A DNA stretch of 63,581 bases, the filler included. It is 9 parts of 9 records of this genome, joined end to end, with 100 filler letters (N's around TTAATTAATTAA, not from the genome) between each part and the next. Parts side by side here need not be neighbours in the genome. Positions count along the whole stretch, not along the records: positions 22,102 to 27,724 come from SRR20825010_6150; positions 27,825 to 31,723 come from SRR20825010_6151; positions 31,824 to 43,461 come from SRR20825010_6152; 6 more parts are not named here. One strand, 5' to 3'. The notes under the pieces were generated by a model, which saw only the letters and a list, made by a program, of their open reading frames with translations, was not told the origin of the DNA and did not search any database. Of the stretch, positions 22,002 through 32,510 are shown one piece after another (within the stretch, counting starts at the first letter, position 1; the number at the start of each line of letters is the position of its first letter). The translations under genes and the position numbers were made by a program.

Positions 22002-22101
22002 NNNNNNNNNNNNNNNNNNNNNNNNNNNNNNNNNNNNNNNNNNNNTTAATTAATTAANNNNNNNNNNNNNNNNNNNNNNNNNNNNNNNNNNNNNNNNNNN
22101 N
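22002..22101. other. Artificial contig spacer
   Basis: N44-TTAATTAATTAA-N44. Confidence 0.98.
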
Positions 22102-22416
22102 CCGATCGCGCTGATCGACGAGAACATGCCGGTGATCGTGATCGCGCCGCATGACCGGCATTTCGAGAAAACCGTCTCCAACATGCAGGAAGTGGCGGCA
22201 CGCGGCGGGCAGATCATCCTGATCACCGACGAGAGAGGCGCCGCTGCGACAACGCTCGAAACCATGGCGACCATTGTCATGCCCGAGGTCAACGAGATCG
22301 TGGCCCCGATCCTCTATGCGCTGCCGGTGCAGCTGATCGCCTATCACACTGCGGTGTTCATGGGCACCGATGTCGACCAGCCGCGCAACCTCGCAAAGTC
22401 GGTGACCGTCGAATAG
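22102..22416 (+). CDS. glmS: Glutamine--fructose-6-phosphate transaminase, C-terminal part
   Basis: PIALIDENMPV...DVDQPRNLAKSVTVE diagnostic C-terminus. Confidence 0.96.
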   Translation, partial: PIALIDENMPVIVIAPHDRHFEKTVSNMQEVAARGGQIILITDERGAAATTLETMATIVMPEVNEIVAPILYALPVQLIAYHTAVFMGTDVDQPRNLAKSVTVE

Positions 22417-22515
22417 AAGATACGTCGGCACTGAACTTGTCTTCGCCTTTGCGCGTTCCCTATATAGGGGAACGGCAAGGCGGCGTGTCTTGCGCGCCAT
22501 GAGGCAGGGTGAAGC

Positions 22516-23208
22516 ATGACCGAGAAAGTAAAACGGGTAGGCGCGGGGCGACGTCTTAGGAACTATTTCCTTACAGGTCTGATCATCGTCGCGCCCTTGG
22601 CGATCACCGCCTACCTGACCTGGACCTTCATCGGATGGGTCGACAGCTGGGTCAAACCCTACATTCCGGCGATCTACAATCCCGACTATTACCTGCCGTT
22701 TGCCGTTCCAGGTTTCGGTCTGGTGACGGCATTGTTCCTGATCACCATGATCGGGTTCCTGACGGCAAACCTCGTCGGCCGCTCCATCATCTCCTTTGGC
22801 GAATCGCTGCTTGACCGGATGCCGCTGGTGCGCAGCCTCTACAAGGGGCTCAAGCAGATTTTCCAGACTGTGCTGGCCGAGCAGAGCGGATCGTTCAAGC
22901 AGGCAGCGCTGATCGAGTATCCCCGCCGCGGATTGTGGTCGATCGTCTTCATCGCCACGGAAACCAAGGGCGAGGTCAATGTCCGCGTGCCCGAGGACGA
23001 TCCAATCTCGGTGTTCCTGCCGACGACACCCAACCCGACGTCGGGTTTTCTGCTGTTCGTGCCGCGCAAGGATGTCATCGTTCTGGCCATGAGCGTCGAG
23101 GAGGCCGCCAAGATGGTGATCTCCGCCGGACTCGTGTCTCCGGAGTACCCAAAGATCCTTCCGGTCCAGACAAAGCCCAGGTCAAAGCCAAAACCCGCGG
23201 CGGAGTGA
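22516..23208 (+). CDS. DUF502 membrane protein
   Basis: RNYFLTGL, LIEYPRRG.W, VFLPTTPNPTSGFL, MSVEEA.K..ISAG. Confidence 0.9.
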   Translation: MTEKVKRVGAGRRLRNYFLTGLIIVAPLAITAYLTWTFIGWVDSWVKPYIPAIYNPDYYLPFAVPGFGLVTALFLITMIGFLTANLVGRSIISFGESLLDRMPLVRSLYKGLKQIFQTVLAEQSGSFKQAALIEYPRRGLWSIVFIATETKGEVNVRVPEDDPISVFLPTTPNPTSGFLLFVPRKDVIVLAMSVEEAAKMVISAGLVSPEYPKILPVQTKPRSKPKPAAE

Positions 23209-23213
23209 CCGGC

Positions 23214-25331
23214 TCAGCCGGCTCTGAGGAACCTGATCGCCTCGTCACGCCGCATCAGGTAGAGCAGCATCCTCAGCGCTTCGCCGCGCGTTGAGGCGAG
23301 GGCAGGATCGGTATCCAGCACGTTGCGGGCGTCGCTGCGGGCTATTTCCAAAAGGTCCGCATGGGCGCTCAGGTTGGCCAGCCTGAACCCCGGCATTCCC
23401 GATTGCCGGGTGCCGAGCACTTCGCCTTCACCGCGCAGCTTGAGGTCTTCCTCGGCGATGCGAAACCCGTCTTCGGTTTCGCGCAGGACCTGCAGGCGAG
23501 CGCCGGCGGTTTCACCAAGTGGACCGTGATAGAGCAGGATGCAGCTCGAAGCGCCTTCGCCGCGGCCGACGCGGCCTCTGAGCTGGTGCAATTGCGCCAG
23601 GCCGAAACGTTCGGCGTGTTCGATCACCATGATGGTCGCGTCGGGGACATCAACGCCGACCTCGATGACGGTCGTCGCCACGAGCAGCCGGGTCTGGCCG
23701 TTCTTGAAGGCGCTCATCGCCTGGTCTTTTTCTTCAGACGTCATGCGGCCGTGAACCAGCGACACCAGCGGCGCCAGTTCCTTGCCGAAGGCCTTGGCGA
23801 GGCTCGCATGGCGGCTTTCCACCGACATCAGCTCGCTCTGATCGGAATCCTCGACCAGCGGGCAGATCCAGTAGGCCTTCTTGCCGTCTTCGAGCGCTTT
23901 CTTCAGCCGCTCGACGATTTCGCCAAGGCGGTCGTCCGGGATGGTCACCGTGGCGATCGGCTGGCGGCCAGCCGGTTTCTCGGTGAGCTTGGAGACGTCC
24001 ATGTCGCCGAAAGCGGCAAGGACAAGCGTTCGGGGGATCGGCGTGGCGGTCATCACCAGCATGTGCGGCGCGGTTCCCTTGGCCGTCAACCGCAGCCGCT
24101 GGTGAACTCCGAACCGGTGCTGTTCGTCGACCACCGCAAGCGTCAGGTTGTTGTAGACGACCGATTCCTGGAACAGCGCATGGGTGCCGATGACGATCTG
24201 CGCCTCGCCACTGGCGATGCGCTCGAGCAGGTCGGCGCGTTCGCGGCCCTTGGCGCGGGCGGTCAGCACCACAACCTCGATGCCGGCGGCCTCCGCCATC
24301 CTGCTGATCGTGGCATGATGCTGGCGGGCGAGGATCTCGGTCGGCGCCATCAGCACCGCCTGTCCGCCGGCTTCCACGGCATCCGCCATGGCCAGCATCG
24401 CGACCGCGGTCTTGCCGGAGCCGACATCGCCCTGCAACAGCCGGAGCATCCGGTCCTTGCCCGCCATGTCGGCAAGGATCTCCTCGACAGCCGTCGTCTG
24501 GCTGCCGGTCAGGGAAAACGGCAGAGCCTCAAGGATCGCGCGACGCAGGCGGCCTTCCGCCACCACCGGATGGCCAGGCAGTTTGCGCAAAGTCTGGCGC
24601 ACCAGCGCCAGCGACAGCTGGCCTGCCAGCAACTCGTCATAGGCAAGCCTGCGGCGCGCCGGCGTCTGCGGTTCGATGTCGATCGCGGTTTCGGGATGAT
24701 GCAGTTCGCGGACGGACTCGGCGAAGGACGGGAAACTGTTCTTGCGGACCAGATGCGGGTCCGACCATTCGGGAAGCTCCGGCAGCAGCTCAAGCGCCGA
24801 ATCGATCGACCTGCGCAGCACTTTCGGCGACAGGCCGGCGGTCAGAGGGTAGACCGGTTCGATCAGGGGGAAGCTTGCGGCGTCGGCTTCCAGCGCGATG
24901 TGGTCGGGATGGACCATCGACGGCCTGCCGTTGAACCATTCCACCCTGCCGCTGACCAGAACGGTTTCCCCCACCGGCAGGATCTTCTCGAGCCATGGCT
25001 GTTTCGAGTGGAAAAAGGTCAGCGCCAGTTCGCCGGTGTCGTCGTGGACGAAGATCCGGTAGGGCGCGCTTCTGCGGCCCGGAGGTGAGGGCTGGTGGCG
25101 GTCGACCCGGACCTTCAGGGTGGCGATGGTGCCTTCCGGCGCTTCGGTGATGCCCGAACGCATGGTGCGGTCGATCAGGCCGTGCGGCGGCAGCAGCAGC
25201 AGATCGAGGGCGCGGGTGTCTTCAGGGCCATCGCGACCGGTCACCCGGGCCAGCGCCTCGGCAAGCTTGGGTCCGATCCCGGGCAGGCTTTCAACGGGCT
25301 TGAACAGGGGATCGAGTTGAAGTGGTCGCAT
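23214..25331 (-). CDS. recG: ATP-dependent DNA helicase RecG
   Basis: LQGDVGSGKT, DEQHRFGV, MTATPIPRTL, QLRGRVGRG, EDLKLRGEGE; start set at MRPLQLDP. Confidence 0.97.
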   Translation of the reverse strand: MRPLQLDPLFKPVESLPGIGPKLAEALARVTGRDGPEDTRALDLLLLPPHGLIDRTMRSGITEAPEGTIATLKVRVDRHQPSPPGRRSAPYRIFVHDDTGELALTFFHSKQPWLEKILPVGETVLVSGRVEWFNGRPSMVHPDHIALEADAASFPLIEPVYPLTAGLSPKVLRRSIDSALELLPELPEWSDPHLVRKNSFPSFAESVRELHHPETAIDIEPQTPARRRLAYDELLAGQLSLALVRQTLRKLPGHPVVAEGRLRRAILEALPFSLTGSQTTAVEEILADMAGKDRMLRLLQGDVGSGKTAVAMLAMADAVEAGGQAVLMAPTEILARQHHATISRMAEAAGIEVVVLTARAKGRERADLLERIASGEAQIVIGTHALFQESVVYNNLTLAVVDEQHRFGVHQRLRLTAKGTAPHMLVMTATPIPRTLVLAAFGDMDVSKLTEKPAGRQPIATVTIPDDRLGEIVERLKKALEDGKKAYWICPLVEDSDQSELMSVESRHASLAKAFGKELAPLVSLVHGRMTSEEKDQAMSAFKNGQTRLLVATTVIEVGVDVPDATIMVIEHAERFGLAQLHQLRGRVGRGEGASSCILLYHGPLGETAGARLQVLRETEDGFRIAEEDLKLRGEGEVLGTRQSGMPGFRLANLSAHADLLEIARSDARNVLDTDPALASTRGEALRMLLYLMRRDEAIRFLRAG

Positions 25332-25424
25332 GAAACCAGAAGAACGGCAATTTTGAGCCAAAGGCAAGGCTGACATTTGCGCGGCGACAGGATAAGGAAA
25401 CCGTCCAACCAAAAAAGGCCCGTC

Positions 25425-25766
25425 ATGACCGGAACAACACGTTCAAGCGCCGACCTCGATCCGCGCCGCCGTCGCATTCTTGTGCGGGCGTGGCGACGTG
25501 GCATCCGGGAAATGGATCTTGTGATCGGCGGATTTGCCGATGCCGAAATTGCCGGGCTGAGTGACGCCGAGCTCGACCAGCTGGAAGAGCTGATGGCCGA
25601 GGAGGATGCGGACATCTTCCGCTGGGTGACGGGCGAGGCCGAGACGCCGGAGCGATTCCGCACCGCGCTGTTTGAGCGGATGCGCGCCTATGTGCCGGAC
25701 TTTGATCCGCAGGAGACAGGGGATCCGCAGGAAGCCGGGCCGGAAGGGCAGGCGACCAAGCCATGA
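25425..25766 (+). CDS. sdhE: Succinate dehydrogenase assembly factor 2 (SdhE/Sdh5)
   Basis: RAWRRGIREMD (RGxxE) motif; usual position between recG and mfd in alphaproteobacteria. Confidence 0.9.
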   Translation: MTGTTRSSADLDPRRRRILVRAWRRGIREMDLVIGGFADAEIAGLSDAELDQLEELMAEEDADIFRWVTGEAETPERFRTALFERMRAYVPDFDPQETGDPQEAGPEGQATKP

Positions 25767-27724
25767 AGTCCGTCATCCCGGTCGCCAGGATCTCCGGTGC
25801 AGTGACACCGGTCACATTGGCCGGCGTGCCGCAGGGCATGGAAGCGCTGGCGCTGGCCGAACTGGCGCGGTCCGCGGGTCCGCTCGCCCACATCATTTCC
25901 GATGGCCAGCGGATGGCCGATCTCGAGCAGAACTTGGCGTTCTTCGCCCCCGACATTCCGGTTTTGACCCTGCCCGGCTGGGACTGTCTTCCCTATGACC
26001 GGGTGTCGCCGGGCGCCGACATTTCGGCGCGGCGGCTGGCGGCGCTGTCGTCGCTGGCGCAGTTCCCGGACAATCCGCACCCGGCGATCCTGCTGGTGAC
26101 CGTCAACGCCATGCTGCAGCGGGTTCCGACCCGCTCCGTTGTCTCAAGTCTCGGGTTCTCGGCGCGCGCCGGCAACCGGCTGAAGATGGAGGATCTCGCA
26201 GGCAGCCTCGTAAAGAACGGTTTCGAGCGCGTCGATACGGTACGCGAAGTCGGCGAGTACGCCGTTCGCGGCGGCATTCTCGATGTCTTCGTGCCCGGCG
26301 CGGAGCAACCGGTGCGGCTCGATTTCTTCGGCGACACGCTGGAAAGCGTGCGGCATTTCGATCCGGCGTCACAGCGCACCACCGGGCAAGCCAGGGAACT
26401 GACGCTCAACGCGATGAGCGAAGTCACGCTGGAACCCGAAACCATCAGCCGGTTCCGCAGCAACTATCTCTCCATGTTCGGGGCTGCGACCCGCGACGAC
26501 GCGCTCTATGTCGCCGTCAGCGAGGGCAGGCGCTATCCCGGCATGGAACATTGGCTGCCGTTGTTTCACGACGAGATGCAGACGGTGTTCGACTATCTCG
26601 GCGGATTCCGGATCAGCGGCGACCATATGCTCGCCGAAGCCGCAAGCGAGCGCCGGGCCCAGATTGTCGATCACTACGAAGCCCGACAGGCGGCGCAGAG
26701 CATCGAGAAGGGCCGCGGCGTCCAGACCACGCCCTACAAGGCTATTCCGCCGGACCTGCTCTATCTCGACGCGCCGGAATTGCTGGAACGGCTCGACCGG
26801 CTGAACGCCATCCGGCTGACGCCGTTTCACCAGCCGGAGACATCCTCTCGGCTGGTTATCGATCTTCCGACCAAGACCGGTCCGCGCTGGGCCGCGGACG
26901 CGGAAGCCGACAAGTCCGAAGACGCCGGGCGAACCAACCTGTTTGAAAAGCTGGTGGCGCATGTCGGCGCCAAGCGCGCGGACGGGCGCAAGGTGCTGAT
27001 CACCGCCTGGACCGAAGGCTCGCTCGACCGGTTGCTGCAAGTGACCGACGAGCACGGCCTCAAGCGGGTGGTGCGGATCAACAGCCATTCCGAACTCGAC
27101 ACGCTCAAGCCCGGCGAGGCCGCGGCCGCGGTGCTGGCCATCGAAGGCGGGTTCGAGATCGACGACCTCGTCGTCATCGGCGAGCAGGATGTGCTGGGCG
27201 ACCGGCTGGTGCGGCGGGCCAAGCGCAAGCGCCGCGGCGCCGACTACATCTCCGAGGTTTCCGGGCTCGACGAGGGCAATTACGTCGTCCATGCCGAGCA
27301 CGGCATCGGCCAGTTCATCGGCCTGCGCACCATCGAGGCCGCCGGCGCGCCGCATGCCTGTCTCGAACTGCACTATGCCGGCGATGCCAAGCTGTTCCTG
27401 CCGGTTGAGAACATTGAGCTTCTGACCCGCTACGGCTCCGACAGCGCCGAGGTGCAGCTCGACCGGCTGGGCGGGGTCGCCTGGCAATCGCGCAAGGCGA
27501 AGCTGAAAAAGCGGCTTCTCGACATGGCCGAGGGGCTGATCCGGATTGCCGCCGAACGGCACATGCGCTCGGCACCCGCGCTTGCGGCGCCCGAAGGTCT
27601 CTACGACGAATTCTCCGCCCGCTTCCCCTATGACGAGACCGAGGACCAGATGGCGGCGATCGAGCGGGTGCGCGACGATCTGGCGGCGGGACAGCCGATG
27701 GACCGGCTGGTCTGCGGCGATGTC
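25763..27724 (+). CDS. mfd: Transcription-repair coupling factor (truncated at contig end)
   Basis: WDCLPYDRVSP, RGGILD, VVHAEHGIG, FPYDETEDQ, MDRLVCGDV; ATGA overlap with sdhE. Confidence 0.97.
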
Positions 27725-27824
27725 NNNNNNNNNNNNNNNNNNNNNNNNNNNNNNNNNNNNNNNNNNNNTTAATTAATTAANNNNNNNNNNNNNNNNNNNN
27801 NNNNNNNNNNNNNNNNNNNNNNNN
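27725..27824. other. Artificial contig spacer
   Basis: N44-TTAATTAATTAA-N44. Confidence 0.98.
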
Positions 27825-27854
27825 GAGATGATCTTTGTCGGATAGGTCCGGACT

Positions 27855-27887
27855 GCGCGCCCGTCCGGCACGATGGGCCGGGCGCGC
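27855..27887. terminator. GC-rich hairpin downstream of the RND gene
   Basis: GCGCGCCCG ... CGGGCGCGC inverted repeat; no clear U-tract. Confidence 0.3.
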
Positions 27888-27921
27888 GCGCAGCGGCGCT
27901 GTCTAGGCCGGGACAACTCCC

Positions 27922-30900
27922 TTAACGGTCTGCCGCCACGGATGCTGTTGGCTCTGCGTCTTCCCCATCGAACTGTTCAATCCATTTGCGCACGCTGACC
28001 ACGTCAAAATAGATGGACAGGACTGACGGGAACACCAGCACAACCAGCACCATCGACGCGACAAGGCCAAAGGCCACCGACACCACCAGCGGTACCAGCG
28101 TCTGCACCTGCGGACTGTTGTCCAGAATGATCGGGATCAGCCCCATGAAGGTGGTCGAGGTAGACAACAGGATCGGCCGAAACCGATCTCTGACCGCGTT
28201 GAGCGAGGCCGCGACATAGTCGTCGTCCTGTAGATGGGTCTGGAAAAAGGTCAGGAACAGGATCGCGTTGTTGACCACGATCCCTGCCAATGACGCAAAG
28301 CCGATCAGGCTGGGCATCGACATGTCCATGCCCAACCCCCAGTGTCCCAGAATCGTGCCAATCAGCGCAAAGGGGATCGACAGCATGACCACCACGGGCA
28401 GGCTGTAGGAGCGGAACTGAAAGGCTAGCACCATGTAAACCCCGACCAATCCCAGCAGCAGCGCCGACATCATCGAGGACTGCGATTTCTGCTGTTCCTC
28501 GGTCGCGCCCCCGATCTTGATCTGGACGCCGGGAAAGGCCTCGGCCAGTTGCGGTCCAAGTTCTTCCAACACGACATTGGAAATGGCAGTCGAGGTGGTG
28601 ATGTTGCGGTCGATCTTGCCTTGGATGCGCGCCACGGCCATGCCGTTTTTGCGCGTCACGGTGGGATAACCCGCGGACTGGGTCAGATCCGCCACCGTGG
28701 ACAGGTTGGTTAGCGCGCCCCCCGGCAGAACGATGGGAAACCGCTCTAGCTCGGTCAGGCTGGCGACGGTGTCGGCCAGTTGCACACGAACCGTCCGGTC
28801 ACTTGCGCCAAGGCGGAAACTGTCGGTCTCCGACCCCTCAAAGGCATCGCGCAGTTGCGCCGACAGCGACTGCGGCGTCAGCCCAATGGAATAGCCGTAG
28901 TTGTTCAGCCGGATCTGCACCTCATCCCGGCCGCCGTAGAGATCCTGAAACGCCTCTGTCACATCATCGCGCGCCAATAGTTTGGTCAGTAAGACGCTTG
29001 ACGCCTCTTCCAGATCCTCCAGATCACGACCCAGCAATTCCACATCCAGATCCAGACCGCCGGGGCCGGTTTCAGCTTGGGAAAAGCTGATCTGGACAAT
29101 ATCGGGCAGGGGGCCTGCGGCCACGCGCCATGCCTCCAACACATCGTCGGCCAGCACCTTGCGCAGTGAGCTTTCCAGCAGGTCGACGGTGATCGTCGCG
29201 GTGTTCGACCCATTGTCCGACACATCGGCGTTGACGGCGTATTGCACCAGAACGCGCTGGACCAACGGCGCGCCGCCTTCGGTGCCGGGTGTCAGGTCCG
29301 CGTTCACCTGTTCCAACCCGCGCAACAGTTGGTTTACCGTTGCAACGGTGCGCTCCCGCGCGATGCCAGAGGTCAGCGACACCCGCGTGACCATCGTATC
29401 GCTTTCCGTCGCAGGAAATCCGATCACCTTGATCTGGCCAGATGCGATCAGCCCGATAGACAGGATCAGGGCGGCAATTACGGACCCGAACGTCAGATAA
29501 CGCAGCCGGACCAGCGCGCTGGCCAGCGGCATAACAAGCCGCTCCTTGAACCAGTCCAGCGCGCGGGCGGCGGGGCGGACTTTAAGCGCGTTGGGATCAA
29601 GCTGACCCACATGGCTGAGGTGGTTCGGCAACAGCAGGAACCCCTCGACCAGTGACAACGACAGGGTGATCAGCAGGACCATCGGAATAAACTTGAGGAT
29701 CTGACCCATTTCGCCGGACAGGAACATCAGCGGACCAAAGACGCAGGCGGTGGTCAGAAAGGATGACAGTACCCCCGGCAGCACCTCCATCGTGCCGCGC
29801 GCCGCGGCCTCCAGCGGGGGAACACGGCGGCGCCATTTGTCGATGTTCTCGGCGATCACGATGCTGTCGTCCATGATCAGACCCACGGCCATCAGCAGGG
29901 CGATCAGGGTGATCATGTTGATGGTGATGCCCAGCACACTCATGACAAAGAGCCCGCCCAGAAAGGACACTGGCAGCGCGGCGGAAATCCACAGCGCCTC
30001 GCGCAGCGAAAAGAACAGCCACATGGTCACAAAGACCAGCACCAGCCCCATAGCGATGTTTTGCAGGATCAGCGTCAGACGTTCCTCGATCAACTCTGTC
30101 ATGTTGTTGATCACGGTGATCTCAAACGGATTGGGCCAAGTGGCGCGTTCTGCCTGTAGAACCGCATCGACCCGTTCATAGACGCGGATGCTGTCCTCGT
30201 CGGCGGATTTGGAGATCGAGATGATCGCCGTCTGCACGCCGTTGATATAGCTTTGACGGTTCTCGTCGCTGTCCACCAGTTTGACGCTTGCCAGATCTGA
30301 CAGCCGCACCAGCCCGCCATCGGCGTTTTCGATCACGATCAGGTCTTCGAGATCGGCAACGGTGCGGCTGGCCCCGACATAGCGCAGGATCAGGCTCGAG
30401 TCGCTGAGATCCGCGCTGCCCAGCGGCTGGCGCAGGCTACGCGCTTCGATGGCATTGACCAGATCGCGGCTGGACAGGCCAAAACGGCGCAGTGCCTGCT
30501 GGTCAAATGTTACCTGCAATTCGCGCCCGGTGATGCCCGACACGGTGGCATCGGCCACCCCCTGCAACGCCAACAGCGTATCTGCCAATTCGTCCGCATA
30601 GGCGATCAGTCCCTCTTTGCCGGTGATGCCGGAAATGGCGATCATCGCCACCAGATCGCTGCGCGAGGCGATCTCGACCGCCGGAGTATCGGCGTCGTCA
30701 GGAAAGTCGCCGATGCCCGAGACGGCGGAAAACACGTCGTTGAAAAACTGGATGATATCACCGCCTTCTTCCAGTTCGGCTGTGGCGGCGGCGCGTCCAT
30801 CGACAGACAGACACTGAAAATCCGCCAGTCCGGACAGGCCGCTCAGCGCGTCCTCCAATGGGGCGCAAACTTCTTCGTCAACATCCAGCGCCGACGCGCC

Positions 30901-31050
30901 GGGATAGGCGACAGAGACAGAGACGCTGTCGGCGGTAAACTCGGGAAATGTCTCACGTTCGATGTTGCTGATGACGGAAATGCCAAGAATGCAGATCAGC
31001 GCCATCAGCAGATTGGCCGCCACAGGGTGGCGCACGAAAAAAGAGATCAT
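27922..31050 (-). CDS. RND efflux transporter permease (AcrB/AcrD/AcrF family)
   Basis: 1042 aa; HPVAANLLM, GLIMDDSIVIAE proton-relay motif, VVNNAIL, RFRPILL. Confidence 0.95.
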   Translation of the reverse strand: MISFFVRHPVAANLLMALICILGISVISNIERETFPEFTADSVSVSVAYPGASALDVDEEVCAPLEDALSGLSGLADFQCLSVDGRAAATAELEEGGDIIQFFNDVFSAVSGIGDFPDDADTPAVEIASRSDLVAMIAISGITGKEGLIAYADELADTLLALQGVADATVSGITGRELQVTFDQQALRRFGLSSRDLVNAIEARSLRQPLGSADLSDSSLILRYVGASRTVADLEDLIVIENADGGLVRLSDLASVKLVDSDENRQSYINGVQTAIISISKSADEDSIRVYERVDAVLQAERATWPNPFEITVINNMTELIEERLTLILQNIAMGLVLVFVTMWLFFSLREALWISAALPVSFLGGLFVMSVLGITINMITLIALLMAVGLIMDDSIVIAENIDKWRRRVPPLEAAARGTMEVLPGVLSSFLTTACVFGPLMFLSGEMGQILKFIPMVLLITLSLSLVEGFLLLPNHLSHVGQLDPNALKVRPAARALDWFKERLVMPLASALVRLRYLTFGSVIAALILSIGLIASGQIKVIGFPATESDTMVTRVSLTSGIARERTVATVNQLLRGLEQVNADLTPGTEGGAPLVQRVLVQYAVNADVSDNGSNTATITVDLLESSLRKVLADDVLEAWRVAAGPLPDIVQISFSQAETGPGGLDLDVELLGRDLEDLEEASSVLLTKLLARDDVTEAFQDLYGGRDEVQIRLNNYGYSIGLTPQSLSAQLRDAFEGSETDSFRLGASDRTVRVQLADTVASLTELERFPIVLPGGALTNLSTVADLTQSAGYPTVTRKNGMAVARIQGKIDRNITTSTAISNVVLEELGPQLAEAFPGVQIKIGGATEEQQKSQSSMMSALLLGLVGVYMVLAFQFRSYSLPVVVMLSIPFALIGTILGHWGLGMDMSMPSLIGFASLAGIVVNNAILFLTFFQTHLQDDDYVAASLNAVRDRFRPILLSTSTTFMGLIPIILDNSPQVQTLVPLVVSVAFGLVASMVLVVLVFPSVLSIYFDVVSVRKWIEQFDGEDAEPTASVAADR

Positions 31051-31723
31051 CTGGCGTCTCCGTCCACATCGACGGGGCTAAGTGCCATGCCCGCGATGGG
31101 CGGGCGCGGTGCCGACAGGATCAGCCGGTCACCAGAAACCAGCCCGTCACGCACAAGCACGTTTTCGTCCGCGACCGGTCCCAGCACGACCGGCGTGATC
31201 GCCAGCCGGTCTTCGGTGTCGGCGACATAGACAAAGGGCGTGCCGTCGTCGCCCTGATGGACCGCTGCGCGCGGAACAGCAATGGCGTCGTCGGGCGATG
31301 TGGTCTCCAGCACCACGGATACAAATCCACCGACGCTCAGCGGCGGCCGCCGTGCCGGTCCTCCAGCCAGAAAGGGATCGTCCACGCGCACCGCAATGCC
31401 GATTGTGCCTGTCTCGCTGTCTATGGTGCCGCGAAACCGGATGATTTCTGCCGGATAGCGGGCCTGTGCTCCGGCAAGATCCAACCGGACGCTGGCGGTG
31501 ATCCCGGATTGCCGGAACAGTTCCACGACGCGGGTCGAATCGATCTGGGTGGTTTCCGCTATGGTTTGTCCCAGTGACGTCTGAACCACAGATGCCAGGA
31601 CCTGCGGCTGAAAAGAGGCCACGACCTCGACCGCGTCGATGGCGTCCAGCGACAGCAATACCTCGCCGGTGCGTACGAACTGACCGACCTCGACGTTCGC
31701 CTCGGCGACACGCCCCCGGAAGG
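31047..31723 (-). CDS. RND periplasmic adaptor (membrane fusion protein), C-terminal part
   Basis: Open to contig edge; IDSETGT, AVPRAAVH, GLVSGDRL; ATGA overlap with the permease. Confidence 0.88.
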
Positions 31724-31823
31724 NNNNNNNNNNNNNNNNNNNNNNNNNNNNNNNNNNNNNNNNNNNNTTAATTAATTAANNNNNNNNNNNNNNNNNNNNN
31801 NNNNNNNNNNNNNNNNNNNNNNN
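31724..31823. other. Artificial contig spacer
   Basis: N44-TTAATTAATTAA-N44. Confidence 0.98.
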
Positions 31824-31824
31824 T

Positions 31825-32505
31825 GCCGCAAACATAGAATTATTGGATCATTACATAGGTCAAGTCTTAGAAGCTCTTGACAAATCAGGCCTTAGAGAAA
31901 AAACAGTAGTAATTTTCACGTCAGATAATGGAGGCCATCCTGCCTATGCACATCATGCTCCATTCAGGGGAAGCAAATGGAATCTATATGAGGCTGGAAT
32001 TAGAATACCAATGGTAGTTTCTTGGCCAGGTTTGGTTGCCTCCAATTGTATTGAAGAAACACCAGTAATTCAAACTGACTTTTTCCCAACATTTATGGAA
32101 CTAGGTGGTGCTAAAAACACAGAACAAACTGAACTTGATGGGCAATCCCTTCTCCCATTATTACAAGGTGGTGAACTGGACAGGAAAAAAGCATTATTTT
32201 GGCATTTCCCCTACTATCATCCTGAAGGCAAATCATATAATGAAGCACTTGCAACTATCGGGATAGAGGATGGTGAAACTAGTCAAACGCGCCCACAAGC
32301 CGCCTTGCGAAACAATTCTTTAAAACTCATTTATTTTTTTGACACTGATCAGATAGAGCTCTATGACCTCAAAAATGACCCAAGTGAATCACAGGATCTA
32401 AGTTCTGTTCGCCCATGGGATGCCAAGCTTATGAAAGAAGATCTGATGCAACGTTTGTATTCCTCCAACGCGCGGTTTCCTAGAATCAACCCTCAAATGA
32501 ATTAG
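31825..32505 (+). CDS. S1 sulfatase, C-terminal part
   Basis: VIFTSDNGG, RGSKWNLYEAGIRIP, LFWHFPYY, ELYDLKNDPSE. Confidence 0.92.
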   Translation, partial: AANIELLDHYIGQVLEALDKSGLREKTVVIFTSDNGGHPAYAHHAPFRGSKWNLYEAGIRIPMVVSWPGLVASNCIEETPVIQTDFFPTFMELGGAKNTEQTELDGQSLLPLLQGGELDRKKALFWHFPYYHPEGKSYNEALATIGIEDGETSQTRPQAALRNNSLKLIYFFDTDQIELYDLKNDPSESQDLSSVRPWDAKLMKEDLMQRLYSSNARFPRINPQMN

Positions 32506-32510
32506 TTAAA

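Noticed and set aside
23361-25088. 575-aa plus-strand ORF
   Set aside because: Antisense shadow of recG in high-GC DNA; no recognisable motifs.
26369-27562. 397-aa minus-strand ORF
   Set aside because: Antisense shadow of mfd.
22102-31723. Novelty in glmS-DUF502-recG-sdhE-mfd and the RND pair
   Set aside because: Ordinary alphaproteobacterial gene order and a standard efflux module; substrate cannot be inferred.
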